64,000 bases of DNA from the human T2T-CHM13v2.0 reference genome, Homo sapiens, in NCBI RefSeq assembly GCF_009914755.1, contig NC_060928.1; one strand, written 5' to 3'. Positions 19,335 to 33,842 of this stretch are shown one piece after another. Position numbers and translations under genes: made by a program. The notes beneath the pieces were generated by a model, which saw nothing but the letters and a program-made list of their open reading frames with translations, did no database searches and had not been told where the DNA came from. How positions within the stretch are numbered: position 1 is the first letter of the stretch; every line of letters starts with the position of its first letter.

Positions 19335-19982
19335 CAATTGAGCCTCATTATTTGCATATTCCATATTTGCAAATTCTCCCATTTGCTAAAATTTGTTTGT
19401 GCACCCCCAAATTAATACCACGGCACTTTTTCAGTCACTTGCAGCCATATGCAATGCAGCAAGCATTTCAGTCACCTGATGTGCATATTTCCTGACTGCA
19501 GTTAAACAAGGTTGTACTCTGCATTTTGGTTTTGGCTCCGATACTATCAATGAGTGTGCTTTGGCTGTCTATTTTATGACTTTTTTTTCAGCTTCTTGTT
19601 GATGATTTTACTATTTGAAATAGTCTCCAGATGTGTCTCTAACATGCTGTCTTGTGTTCCTAAGCACAAAAAGGCTGTGATATGCCTTATGGAGAAAATA
19701 AATGTGTTAGATAAGCTTTGTTCAGGCATGAGTTAGTTATAGTGGTGTTGGCTGTCAGTTCAATGCTAACGAAACAATCAACAATATATAAAAATAAAGC
19801 GTTTTTGAATAGAAAAATACAAAAAGCAAGGTTATATATTGATTAATTGATGAAGATGTGAACAGAGGCTCACAGGAGCCTAATACTACATTTCTCCTAG
19901 GAACAGTGGCTCATTATTCGCTAAATCAGTGTTTGTGGTAACTTTATAGAAAATAGTTATCATGAATAATGAGAATAGACTG
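19335..19982 (+). mobile_element. MER82 (TcMar-Tigger) non-autonomous DNA transposon, essentially full length
   Basis: TIRs caattgagcctcattatt / aataatgagaatagactg with TA on both sides; internal ttgctaaaatttgtttgt...aaattaatac. Confidence 0.82.
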
Positions 19983-21734
19983 TATGTAAGCACTGCATAC
20001 AAAAGGAAAATATTGGAAAAATGACCACTCAACATAACAGTGGTGCTACTATACTGACAGGACTATAAGTTTTTTCATCTTTACATTAATTTTCAAACGT
20101 TTAAGAACAGAATAATATCTCTATGGTTAAAAAAGTACATTTTAGAAATACAATACATCTAGAAAACCAACAAAACCTGCATGAAAACTACATTGGGCTT
20201 TCTAGTCAGAGTCAGTTTAAAGCAAATGTGAAAGTTCATTTATTATTTTTAAGGTCTCACTTCATTCAAAAAATACAATAAACAATAAAATATTTATTTT
20301 GGCATAACTTAGTTTGGTTGCCCACTTAAATCACCAGATTTGACAGTTAATGATTGTTTCCCTAAAATCAAATTTATATCTAAGAAATGTGTCCAAGCCC
20401 TAAATGCATAGATTATAATAATCAGAACATTGGAAAGAATACTGGGGTTTATTTTTATCTAACTTCCTATTCAATATAAATGTTCTTTCATACCATTTCC
20501 AAAAGATAAGTATCTGATTTTTTTTTTTGGAATTTGTTCTATAAAGGGAAGTTTACTACCAAATAATACCTTTTTGGTCAGTTGTAATTGTTACCAATAT
20601 TTTTTATATTTATCAATATTCCTGTAACAGTCTGTGTTTTTTAACTACAGAGGATAAATCAAATCCCCTTTGTAGAATATAGCTCTTCAAATATTGCAAG
20701 GGAGCTATCATGTCGTTCCTATGGCTTTTCTTTTCTAGGGTAAATATCCCCAGGATCTTTATCCATTCTTCTTAAGAGCACATTTCTTAATCCTCTGTTT
20801 TCCCATTCTACCTGATCTCCATGAGCTCCAGCTTAGCAATGCCCTTCTTAATGTGATGAAATCAGGACTGAGGAAAATGTGGGATTTTCAGGCCCAGTAA
20901 TATCTCTGCTTCCACTGCACTTGACATTTTTCAAAAGAAGAAATCCAGAAGGGCTCTGAGAAATCGAGGCTTCTGGTATGAATATACTAGCCCTCAATGT
21001 GACAGCTGCAAGAGAATAAACACTCACTTGGATAAACAGAACTAGTATATTAAAATAATCAATTTGTAGGTATAGCTTGTATTTCTGTTTTAAATTTCCT
21101 CATTTTCTCTCTTTATTGTCTAATTATTTTTTAATTTTTATCAATCATAAATTCAAACAAATTATTACCTTCTTGTCCCATTCGAGCTTTCTGTTTTTCG
21201 TTCTTGCTCTGCCCACTTTTATGGCAATTGTAGATTTCTTTAACATTGTTGCCTTAGAAAGCAACAGAAGCTACAATTCAAACTTTTCTAATTCTTATAG
21301 GTATATTTGTCACACTACACAGTGAAATGTTTTGGTTTTTGATTTAACCTTATGTTTTCACACTATATTGAGCAACTAATGCTTTCATCTGCTAAACCTA
21401 CTTATGAGATGATATAATGTTTATATCCCCTAAGACTACTCACTGAATAATACAAGCAACAAATTGTAGTATATTGGATGATATAGAGAATATGTGAAAG
21501 GGTTTTTGTTGTTAATTATGCTTTAAAAAATTTTTGTGCATCCAGCTAGCTCTAGTGGTGAAATTATATACTTTAGATTTTTATTACAAATGATCTTGTT
21601 GTCAGGCATTCTTATGAGTGTCTGACATTGAGTTAAGAACTTTAGCAAAAATCATAAGAACTTTGGATATAGAAATAGAAACATATACTTATTTAAAATT
21701 TTTATTTCCACACACTTTTCAATGCAGTCTTTCA

Positions 21735-24700
21735 TTTTTAATTGATACATAATATTTGTATGTATTTACTGGGTACATGTGATATTTTGTTACATGCATA
21801 GAATGTGTAATGATCAAGTCAGTTTATTTAGGGTATCCATCACCTGGAGTATTTATCATATCTATGTATTAGAAACATTTCAAGCCCTCCTTTCCAGCTA
21901 TTTTGAAATATAACATACATTGTTTTTAGCTATAGCCATTCTATTCTGCTACTAAACAATAGAATTTATTCGTTCTGCCTAACTATGTTTGTACCCATTA
22001 ACCAGCCTCTTTCAGCTCCCACCCCCAACCAACCCACACACCCTTCTTGGTCTCTGATATCTACATTGTACTCTCCTACCTTCATGAGATCAACTTTGAA
22101 AGCTCCCACTATGAATGAGTATATGCGATATTTGTCTTTTGGTGTGTGGTTTATTTCACTTAAAATAAAGACCTCTAGCTCCATCCACGTTGCTGCAAAT
22201 GACATAATTTCATTCTTTTTAATGAGTAGTATTCCACTGTGTACATATACCACATTTTCTTTATCCATTTGTTTTTAATAAATGTTTGTTAGGTTGATCT
22301 TGTGTCTTTGCCATTGTGAATAGTGCTGCAATAAACATGAGGGTGCAGGTATGTTTTTGATATATCGATTTCTTTTCCTTTGGATAAATACCCAGTAGTG
22401 TGATTGCTGCATCACATGGTAGTTGTACTTTTAGTTTTTTGAGGAACCCCCGTATTGTTTTCTATGATGGCTGCACTAATTTACATTCCCACCAAAAATA
22501 TTTAAGAGTTTTCTTTTCTCTGTATTCTCACCATCATTGTTTCTTAAAAAAAAATAGCCATTTTAAGCGGAGTGAGATGATATTTTTGTGGTTTTGATTG
22601 GTATTTCCTTGGTAATTACCAATGTCAACCCTTTTTATCATAGACTCATAGGCCATTGTATGTCTTTCTTTGAGAAATATGTATTTATGTCCTTTGCCCA
22701 CTTTTTAATGGGATTATTTGTGGGGGTTTTTTTAACTGTTGAGTTGTTTGAGTTCCTTGTATTTATCGTCGTCAGATAGTTTGCAAATATTTTCTTTGTT
22801 CACCAAGTTATCTCTTCACTCTGTTGATTGTTTCCTTTGCAGCGCGGGAGCTTTTTAATGTAATCCCATCTGTCTAATTTTGTTTTTGTTTCCTATATTT
22901 TTGAGGTCTTAACTATAAAATCATTGCCTAGACCAATGTCCTGAAATATTTCCCTGATGCGTTCTTGTAGCAGTTCTACACTTTTGCATCTTAGGTTTAA
23001 GTGTTTAATGCATTGAGTTGATTTTTATATAAGGTTATAGATATGGTCCAGTTTCATTCTTCTGTATGTGGATACCCAATTTCCCAGCACCACTTATTGA
23101 AGAGGGTGTTTTTTTCCTTAATGTATGTTTTTGGCAACTTTGTAGAAAATCAGCTGGCTATAAATATTTGGATTTGTTTCTAGGTTCTCCATTCTGTTCC
23201 ATTGGTCTATGTGTTTGTTTTTATACCAATATTGTAGAGGTTTTTCAGCTCCTTGGCTAAATTTGTTCCTAGGTAATTTTTTTTGGTAGCCATTGTAAAC
23301 GGTATTGCATTATTGATTTATTTCTCAGCTAGTTCATTATTGGGTTATAGAAATGCTACTGATTTTTGGATGTTGATATTGTATCCTGCCACTTCATTGA
23401 GTATATTTGCCATATGTAAGATGGGTTTTTTAATTGGTGGAATCTTCAGGTTTTTCTAGATATAATATCAAGTTGTCTGCCAAAAGGGGCAGTTTGATTT
23501 CCTCTTTTTCAATGTGGAGGCTTTTATTTCTTCTTCTTGCCTAATTGGGCTGGCTAGGACATCTAGCACTATATGGATTAGGAGTGATAAAAGTATCTTT
23601 GTCTTGTTCCAGTTCTTAGATGGAAGGCTTTCAGCTTTTCCCCATTCAGTGGATGTTAGCTGTGGGCTTATCATATATGGCTTTTATTATATTGAGGTAT
23701 GTTCCTTCTATGCCTAGTTTGTTGAGAGTTTATCATGAAGGGATATTAAATTTTGTGAAATACTTTTTCTGCATCTCTTGAGATAATCATATGGTTTTTG
23801 CCCTTCATTCTGTTGTGCAATGTATCACATTTATTAATTTGCATATGTTGTACCATCCTTGTATCAATGGGATAAATACCACTTGATCACAACATATGAT
23901 ATTTTTGATGTACTGCTGCATTCAGTTTGCTGACATTTTGATGGGGATTTTTGCATCTATGTTCATCATGAATATTGGCCTGTAGTTTTCTTTTGTTGTT
24001 GTTGTGTCTTTATCTGGTTTGGGTATCAGGGTAGTAGGGCCTTGTAGAATGACTTAGGAAAAATTCATTCCTTTTCATTTATTGGAATAGTGTGAAGATA
24101 ATTGCTGTTAGTTCTTCTTTGGAAGTTTAAATTTGGCAGAATTTGGCAGTAAACACATCTGATCCTGAACTTCTTTGATGGGAGATTTTATTTTTACTAT
24201 TACTGATTCAATCTCTTTACTCATTATTGGTCTGCTCAGGTTTTCTATTTATTTCTGATTCAACCTTGGTAGGCTGTGTGTTTCTAGGAATTTATTCATT
24301 TCCTCTGGGTTTTCTAGTTTGTTAATGTGTAGTTGTTCATAGTAGTCTCTGCTAATCTCTTATATTTCTGTGATGTCAGTTATAATGTCTTCTTTTTCAT
24401 TTGTTATTTAATTTATTTGAGTCTTCTCTCTTTTTTCACAGTTAGTTTAGCTAGTGGTTTATTAATTTAGTTTATTTTCCCTTTTGTTTTGTTGACCCTT
24501 TGTGGTATTCTTTAGTCTCTATTTTGTTTATTTCTGCTCTAGTCTATGTCATTTCTTTCCTTTTACTAATTTTGGGTTTGGTTTGTTATTGTGTTTATAG
24601 TTCCTTGAGGTGGATCATTAGATTGCTTATTTAAAATATTTCTACTTTTTTGATGTAGATTTTAGTGCTATAAACTTCCATGTTAGCACTGATTTTGCAT

Positions 24701-27535
24701 CCCATTAGTTTTGGTATGTTGTGTTTCAATTTTCATTTGTTCCTAGAAATTGGACCCAATGTCATTCAGGAGCATGTTGTTTAATTTCCTTATATTTACA
24801 TATTTTTCCCAAGTTTATTTTTTATTGATATTTAGTTTTATTCCATTATAGTCTGAGAAGATACTTGGTATAATTTTTATTTTTCAAAAATTTGTTGAGA
24901 CTTGTTTTGGGTTCTAACATATAGTCTATCTTGGAGAATGTTCCATGTGCTGAGGAGAGTATATATTTTGAAGCTGTTGGATAAAATGTTCTGTAGATGT
25001 CTTTTAGGTCCATTTTGTCTAAAGTGCAGTTTAAATCCAATGTTTCTTTGTTAATTTTCTGTCTAGATGATCTGTCTAATGCTGAGAGTAGGATGTTAAA
25101 GTTCCCAATTACTATTGTGTTGGACTCTATCTCTCTCTTTAGATCTAAAATATTTGCTTTATATATCTGGGTGTTCCAGTGTTGGGTGCATATATGTTTA
25201 GAATTGTTATATCCTTTTGCAGAATTGATCACCATATTATTATCTTATGACCTTCTTTGTCTAATCGTACTGTTTTTGACTTAAAGTCTGTTGTTTTTGG
25301 ATATAAGTACAGTTACTCCTGCTCATTTTTAGTTTCTATTTGCATGGAATTTTTTTTTCATCCCTTTACTTTCAGTTTACATGTGTCTTTACAGGTAAGA
25401 TGAATTTCTTGTAAGCAGCATATAGTTGGGTTGGATTTAAAAAATACATTCAGGTCTGGGTGCAGTGGCTCACTCCCGTAATCCCAGCACTTTGGAAGGC
25501 TGAGGTTGGTGAATCATGACATCAGGAGATTGAGAACAGCCTGGCCAACATGGTGAAACCCTGTCTCTACAAAAAATACAAAAATTAGCTGCACATGGTG
25601 GTGCATGCCTTTAGTCCTAGCTACTCAGGAGGCTGAGGCAGGAGAATTGCTTTAACCTAGGAGGTGGAGGTTGTGGTGAGCCAAGATCGTGCCACAGCAC
25701 TCCAGCCTGGGCAAGGAGTGAGACTCCCTCTCAAAAAATAAAATAAAATAAAATAAAATAAAATAAAATAAAATAAAATAAAATAAAATAACATTCAGAA
25801 AGTTCATATCTTTTACCTGCAAAGAGTAGTCCATTTATATTCAAGATTATTATTTATATGTAAGGGCTTACTTCTGTCATTTTATTTATTGATTCCTGGT
25901 TGTTTTGTATATCCCTTGTTCTTTTTGTTCTCTGTTATTGTTTATCATTGTCATTTAGTGGTTTTCTATAGTGGTAACATTTAAGTCCCTTCTCATCCTC
26001 ATTTGTATGTTTGCTCTACCAGTGGGCTTTATACAGTCATGTGTTTTCATTATGGTAGATATTGTCCTTTTGCTTTCACATGTAGAACTCCCTTCAGCAT
26101 TTCTTATAGGGCCAATCTAGTGGTTGTGAATTACCTTAGCTTTTGTTCGTCTGGAAAATATTTTATTTCTCTTTCATTTATGAAGGACATTGCTGCTGGC
26201 AGTTTTTTCTTTTAGCACTTAGAATACATCATCCAATTTTCTCTGGCTTGTAAGGTTTCTGATGAAAAATATACTGCTTGTCTGATTGGAGTTCCCTTAA
26301 ATGTGACTAGATGCTTTTTTTCTTGTTTTTAGAATTCTTTCTTTGTCTTTGACTTATAACAATTTGACTATAATGTGCTATGGAGAAGACATTTTTGAAT
26401 TGTATCTGTTTGGAGATTTATGAGCTTCCTGTACCTGGATGTCTACATCTCTTGCTAGATTTGGAAAGTTTTCAGATATTGTTTAATTAAATAGGTGTCT
26501 ATCTCTTTCATTTTTTTCTTTGCCTCCTGGAACACTGATAATTCAAATATTTCATCACTTTATTGTGTATCATATGTCATGCAGACTTTGTTCATTCTTT
26601 TTATTCATTTTTCTTTATTTGTGTCTGGGTTATTTCCAAAGACTTGTCTTCAAGTTCTAAAATTCTTCCTTCTGTGTAATCCAGTCTATTGCTGAAGCTT
26701 TCAAATATATTTTGCATTTATTTAGTGAATTAATTAGTTCTCAGATTTCTTTTTTTAATGGCATCTATTATTTTGGTAAATTTCTCAATTGTATCCTGAA
26801 TTATTTTTTCTGATTTCTTTGTATTGTTTATCTAAATTGTTTTGTATGTCATTGAGCTTCTTTAATATACTTATTTTTAATTCTTCATTCAGGATTTCAT
26901 AATTTTAAAAATTGGAATCTGTTGCTGGAAAATTATTGTGTTCCTTTGGAAATGTCATATTTCTTTGCTTATTAATTTTTTTGTGTGTCCTTAAGTTGAT
27001 ATCTGCACATCTGTTGTAAAGTCAATTTTTCCAGGTTTTTGAATTTGCTTTCATAGGGGAGGACTTTTTCCTTAAGATATATCTATGATGTTTTGGATAG
27101 GGCACTTTGGCCTTAATTCTGGGGGCATGCAGTAGTGTAGTCTTTGTATAATTTTTTAACCCACAGACAGCTTCGGTAGTGTCCATGACTTCCTCGGTAG
27201 CTTAGAGTGAAGTTTTTAGTGGAGGCTGTTTTGAAGTTTTTCTGGGGATGGGGATGTGGCAGTTGTGGACTGAAGTTGTACTGAGTGGTGAACTGGGCCC
27301 CAGAGTGACATATACTGGCATTGGTATTAGCAGGTCTGGGGAGGCCAATTCTTAGGTCTCCAGGCAGCTTGCTCATGTGCTGGCAATGGCCGCAGTGAGC
27401 CAGGTGGGTGGGCGGGTTTTTGGGCCCCTGGGCAGCAGGCATGGTGCGGTCAATGGCTGTGGCACTGGCAAGATAATATATTGGCTTCCAAGTGGTCTGT
27501 GCTGGTGTTGGCAGTGGCTGCAGTGGTCTGATTAT
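21735..27535 (-). mobile_element. Long degraded L1MA4/5-like LINE-1 (3' UTR, ORF2 with internal deletions, 5' region)
   Basis: ORF 21966-22268 ([16 protein letters not shown]) and ORF 24846-25235 (endonuclease-like IVIGNFNILLSALDRSSRQKINKET, SSAHGTFSKIDYML); L1MA 3' UTR at 21735-22000. Confidence 0.88.
25453..25790 (+). mobile_element. AluS (Sc/Sg-like) with (TAAAA)n tail, inserted in the L1MA
   Basis: Dimeric Alu; ~11 copies of TAAAA; acattca on both sides. Confidence 0.92.
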
Positions 27536-27909
27536 CAATGTAGTCATTCTTTAGTTCACTTTAATAAACGAGTATAATTTTACCTATCAAAATTTGTTCA
27601 AAATAAATATCTCTTATTTGTTTTATCTGCTTTGACATTAAGGATAAAATACTCTTAACCATCTTTTATGTAATGATTAATTCCACTAATATTAATTTAC
27701 TTAACTGCTCCATCCATATTTCCATGAGAATTTATATTCCATAATTCCACATAAGTTTATTTGTAAAGAAATGATTAGGACAAAGTCAGTGTAGGTTGGG
27801 GAATATGTAGCTTGACATCTAGAAGGAAATTTTGATTCATTTGGTTTTCCATGGTGTGGAAGATGTTTGGGTTGCTCTCCAGTGTTTCAGGTTTTACTCT
27901 TTTTAGGCA

Positions 27910-28275
27910 CACAGTGTTGGGGGATATTGGTGGGAAAGGGATTGTATTTCCACTCTTTCTTGAAGATTGACGTGATACCGTGACTCAATTTAGCCAACAA
28001 AATGTGAGTAGAAGTGACAAACAATGCTTTGGTGCGGAAGTACTTACTATCCACATGAGACTGCCCAGCACACTCCTTTGCTGTGGTGACCTCGGGAGCA
28101 CTATTACAAGGATAGTGCCATGTAATCAATGCAGCTAATCCAAGCAGAGCCCATACCTTCAGGACAGACATTTTCAGGGGGTATGAAGGACTTTGGGTGA
28201 CTGAGAAACAACAGTTTTTTTGCACTAAATCTCTGATATTATGGTGGTGTTTTTTGTTACTACAGCATAAACCAA
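27910..28275 (+). mobile_element. Old MLT1 LTR
   Basis: gtgactcaatttagccaacaaaatgtgagtagaagtgaca...tttgttactacagcataa. Confidence 0.6.
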
Positions 28276-28662
28276 CCAGTTCTGACAGATATCCATGCAT
28301 ACCACTTTTGTTTCTAATTACGTTGTACTTTAACAGGCAGTCACTCTGTTTTGCCTTCCACACATGTTTTTGACTGCACTGCCTTTTGGTAATTAACTCT
28401 CTTTTTTTTTCTAAGCACTGTGAAGCTTTGGCACCTTTCCCCTTTTTCACTTGCGCCATCTCAGATGAAATGCACTGGACATAATGTCTGGGTTCTAATC
28501 TACTTGTCCTGGCTCCAAAAAGATAATTTTTTGAAGCATAAGGAGGACATTTTTCCATTTGTTTGATTTTATGGGTGAACACAGTACACCATAGAAGGAG
28601 TGAATGGGATCCCAACTGCACAGCAGAAAAGGACTTTGTAGCTGCTATAAAAATTGAAAACC

Positions 28663-28989
<327 letters not shown>

Positions 28990-29379
28990 TTATGTGTGTC
29001 CAATTTTGATAAATAATGACTGAAGATTTGACATTGTCTCTACTCTAGAAATCCCTGTTCTTGAAAAAATGCAGTGAATGAAGCAGTTTTTGTTTTGATG
29101 TGGACACTTCCTTGAAATTCTCTCTCTCTCAGGGCTTATTTTACGCCATTATAACCCTTGTACTAATGTGGCCCCTGAAAGAAGAAATTCAAGGCGCTTT
29201 ATGGAGGAAGAGGGGGCATGGTGGTTCATTTGATGTAAACATTTATCAGGTTTTTGGAAATCTTAGTCTGGCATTCCCCAGTTAAAGAAAAGATGATTTC
29301 TGAGGGAAAGTAAGGGACATTTAAGAATTTTGGAAAAAAAAAAAAGCTATCCATTTAATCCATTTATAAAATACCTTCT

Positions 29380-29780
29380 TCTAGAGCACATTCATTTGCA
29401 GTCTGAATGAGACTTGAATTGATCCAGCAAAGAATGTCATTGCAATGCCAGGTTTCAAATGCAGAGTGCTGGGTGCTTCTTTCATCTGCAGGTAATGTCA
29501 TTATATATTGCAATCACTCTAATGGCATCTGCTCATTAGGAATTCATTGAGTGCTCATGTGGCTATAATGCACTTCCATTTGTATTCTGAAACAATTTAG
29601 CATTGGGGAACTTAAAAGTCATTTGATCAATCCTGTGTGGAGCTCCTGTTTTCACTCCAGGCAAATTAATGTGAAGATCATTGTAACACATTAAACATCT
29701 AATTGTTCATTGATGAAGCAGTAACACTGAAGTGTTCATATTTAAAGATGCAATATTTCATCGAATTTTGAAGGCATAAA
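29380..29780. promoter_or_regulatory. Candidate conserved non-coding element / developmental enhancer
   Basis: No recognisable repeat; dense TAAT/ATTA, TGAT and SOX-like (aacaat, cattgt, attgtt) words; conservation cannot be tested here. Confidence 0.3.
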
Positions 29781-30949
29781 AGTATTTTTCCTAGTTTGAG
29801 TGGCAAAGACAGAGGAAGATTAATACTAAAATATGTAAAACTTAACTCATTTTTTGACATGTTTACCTTCATAGTTTAGGAAAATTGAAGGCATATTATC
29901 TATGTATGGTTTGCTCATAAAATCATATTTTCTCATATATTAAATTTAAAAGTATAATCTTTGTAAATTCAAACAATGCTGAATTTACAGATTAGTCACT
30001 TGCTTTCTCTAGTTTTAATGAATTTGCAATGATTCTGAAAGGATTTAAATGCTGTTGAACTTAGGAATTTAATATGTCTTCACGTTTTTATGAAACTGTG
30101 ACGCCATCAAAAGCTGAAAATAGAAGAAACCTTCAAAGTAATAGTAAAAAACAGGAAAAAATGATGGAAGCTGTACTTTCATAAACTCTACCAGGTTATG
30201 CAATAGTGAAAGTACTAATTTTTTTCAGAAGAGAAGTTGATGGAGAGGGAAAAAAAGGAGAATCCCTCCTCTTTCAAAATCACTACATGCAAATGTTGTC
30301 ATATGAAATATTTCTAAACAGTCTTGTTTTCAAATGGTGTTAAGAAAAGAATGTGTTTTGTCCTGTTAGCATTTTTAATAATTTCCAAAATTCAGAGGTT
30401 TTTTCAGATTAAGAGAAATGTCTCAATTTTTCTTTTCTTGCTTTTGTGTATTTATAAACATACGTTTGAATTTTTATGTTTTCTAGAAGAATCCAGAAAA
30501 GGAGAATATGAATTAAAGGCAGTTTTATATCAAAAAAGGCTAGTCAACATATTTTGTGAGGGGCTATGACTGGCAATATTTCAGTCCACAATACTGGGAC
30601 AAATACCTGACATTCTTAAGTGTGAAATTCCAAACCTTTAGAAGAAATCAAAATGATGGTTTAGTGCAATCTCCTCATCTTACAGGTGATGAAACCAAAA
30701 CCTAGATATCAAATTAAAAGCTATTTTTTACAACATAAGATCTTAGAGATGAGAGCTTAAGAATGACACTGATAGCATACAACAGTTTGAATATTTATTT
30801 GATATTATAACTCCAAATACCCCAGCAGAACCTTTCTAAGGCCTTATAATTATTTTAGATTTTCTTATACTTAATTTACATGGTTCCCTAAAGGTAACCA
30901 GACTCTAAGTTAACTCAAAGTTGAAGCATGAAATAAGCATGCAGCTTTA

Positions 30950-31570
30950 TTCACTCATTTATTTATTGAAAATTATCTTTTAAGAACAATGGAGTACTAG
31001 GCATTGTTCTAGATATTTATGATATGTCAGTGCTTATATAAACAAAAAGCTCTGGCCTGGTAGCAAGGACACAGACAAATAATAATCAACATAATAAATA
31101 AGTTGGAAGATAGAAAGTGATTATGCTATGAAAAAAAATAGAGCAGGATGGGGCAATTGGAAGTATGGGATGGGGTTAATATGAAAGACGTTTGCATCTT
31201 TAAATGTGGTGGTAAAAGTGGGACTTGTCAAAGGTGACATTTAAGCAAAGATCTGAAGGCAGGGAGGAAGTTAACCAAATGGAAGTGGGTGGAACAACAT
31301 TCTTGATGAGGGAACAGCCAGCACAAACTCCAAGGTGAGATTGTGCTTGGTATATTAGAGGAATAGCAAGGAGGCTAGTCTGGAGTGCAGTAAGAGACAG
31401 GGATCGCAGAAGAAGAAAAAGTCAGAAAGATTGTCAGGTGTCAGACCTTGTGGGACCATGTAAAGAATTTGGCTCACTGTGGTTGAAAGACGAGCTGTTA
31501 GAGAGATTAGAATGGAAGAGTGACATAATCTAATACGATGTCTTAAAAAATCATTTTTGGCTGTGTTGAG
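30950..31570 (-). mobile_element. L2 LINE 3' fragment
   Basis: ttcactcatttatttattg...ctaggcattgttctaga...gaggaatagcaaggaggctag. Confidence 0.65.
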
Positions 31571-31939
31571 GACAGCCTCATCTTTAATGTAGAGTTTTAC
31601 TTCCTCAAGGCCTCTTTTCCTTGAGCTCTTTTGTTACCTTGTTCCTCTGTAACAAATGCTTTCCCTGGATGTGGAAGGCTTAGAATAGCTTATGAAGGGT
31701 CCTATGACTCTTTGAAAGTCAAGGCTCCTCTTTCTGGGCCTGCAAAGCCTTTGGTGATCTGCTCTGCCGTGAGCTCCACACCTAGCTGTGCTCCTGCTGG
31801 GTGGGCCTCTCTAGATTCTTTTCTTACATGGCACCTCTTTTTTATTATTGCTTCTCCTTAGGAGCTGAAAGAAGGGTGGGATTAAAAATATTTATGATTT
31901 AATATATTTGTCCTGATCCCATCACTTTTGTTTCTGGAA

Positions 31940-32555
31940 TTATAAAAGCAGCATGTTTTTAATGTAAAAAATTAGTAATAGAGGCACACACAAAGTCCTC
32001 CCAAAAAAGAAAGTATAATCTTCTTACCCAAAGATAACTTTATTTAACACACTTTTTATATCATTCCAGAACTCTGTGTGTGTGTGTTTAAACAAAAAGG
32101 GTTTCTATTATGCATATGTTTGTAATCTTCTCATTTTACTTAATATATCATGATTGTATACATGTTAATAAATATTTCTTTATACCAATGTTGTAATAAC
32201 TTAGTGCTGTTTCATTATATGAATGTACTATTAGTTATTTAATTGTCACTATATAGTTAGACATTTAGATGGTAATGTAGATAGTTTGTCCATATATTTT
32301 TCTTTAAAGCAAATATTGAGAATTGGTATTTTAGGTAAGTCAAATGTACACATATTTCTATATTTTTTGATGTATATTGCCACATTGTACTGAAAGTGAT
32401 AATACCAATTTTTTTATTCTCGCCAGTACTCTATCAGGCCATTTCCTGCTACCCCAAACCCTTGTGAACACAGGAATAAAAAAAAAATTGCAAGTATTAA
32501 TATGTAAAAAGTTATATATTATTATGTTACTTTTTATTGCTTTGATAATTAACAG
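31940..32555 (-). mobile_element. L1ME fragment
   Basis: ttttacttaatatatcatg...gttagacatttagat...tttttgatgtatattgcca. Confidence 0.5.
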
Positions 32556-33457
32556 CAAATATTTGTCAATACCCTGCAGATTTCAACTTAGATACCCTTC
32601 TTTCACCTGGAAAGAGGTTCTAATGCCTGCATTCTGGGTTGGCCCCCTTTCCTATTATGCCATAGAATTTTGTACTTTAAGTACCACTTGTAATCACCAA
32701 TTTACTTCTCTTTCTGCTTCACTAGACTTTCAGATCCATGAAGGCAGGGATCCTGCTGTCCTGCTCAGTACCAGCCAGTGACTGGCATATCATAGCTTCT
32801 AAACAAGTAGGTGTAGGGCCTGGAAACCACAATTTTAAAATAATGAAATAATTTAATTATATCACCTGTGGTTAATATCTTTTTGCCCTTCTTAAAGAAA
32901 ATATATTTTACTTGCCCTTTTGACCAGCAGAGCAGTGACCTTCTTTTTTTCTAATTTCTAGGCATTAGAAACAAATTTGTATATACTAGAATTCTGGAGA
33001 ATGAATGAATGAATGAATGGATGGATGAATGGAGGCTCTTTCCATTGTCTATTCTATTTATAGTCTCTGGTCAGCTGATAAGAATATACCCCCAACCTCT
33101 AGACTGAAAGCTGATTAAAAACCCCCAGAAAAACAAAACAAAAACAAAGGTAAAGAGGAAGCTCATAAATTATGTTTGTTTGATAACTCAAAGTGAATCA
33201 CATTCTATTTTATAAATTAATTCAACTTCAGAGCTTTATCCATGACTGGGTTTCTAGCCAATTCTTGGCTTTCCAGGTTATCTAGACGCTACTTGTGACC
33301 TGGCAGTGCTGTTCTAAATAAATAATGTGTTAGGGGATTTCTGTATTGTAAACTACAGATCTTGTTTCTGTCATACAATCTGTGAATTTCCAACTGAATT
33401 TCTGTGAAAGTCTATTTCAAACCTCAAACGATTAACTACTTTATTAATATATATTTC

Positions 33458-33572
33458 TTTTTTTTCAGGTCAGACAGGTAATATCCCCACATTGTAACTA
33501 GGTTCAGAGGGTGGCACATCTCACACATGTATGCGAACACCCAATCATTATGCTCATGAACTACAAAAGGAT
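33458..33572 (-). pseudogene. SNORD13: Retroposed U13 snoRNA (SNORD13) pseudogene, full length (33468-33572) plus short polyA
   Basis: Reverse strand ATCCTTTTGTAGTTCATGAGCATAATGATTGGGTGTTC...GTGTGAGATGTGCCACCCT...TTACCTGTCTGACC matches U13; A8 tail; 16-bp TSD with one mismatch, tattaatatatatttc (33442-33457) / tattactatatatttc (33575-33590). Confidence 0.93.
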
Positions 33573-33842
33573 CATATTACTATATATTTCAAATTAATTT
33601 TTATGTACCAGAACGTTATTTGGTTGAGCTAATTTAATGAAATTTGTTAATATTTAAACATTAATAAACAGATAAAGAATGTTGGTCATTTTAATATAAC
33701 TATTGAGAAAGTGAAGAAGTGATTTTAGTAAAAGCCAGTTAGTAATGGGTTTTGATTATTTGGACATCTAAGTTCAATGAATGCAAACAAATTAGAAAGG
33801 GGGCAGATGAAGAAATTTAGGAAAAGACTCACAGTTATCTCT

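Noticed and set aside
27887-28621. Longest ORF in the track (244 aa, minus strand)
   Set aside because: Starts at GTG, runs antisense through an old MLT1 LTR, and shows no recognisable domain or splice structure; most likely a chance ORF.
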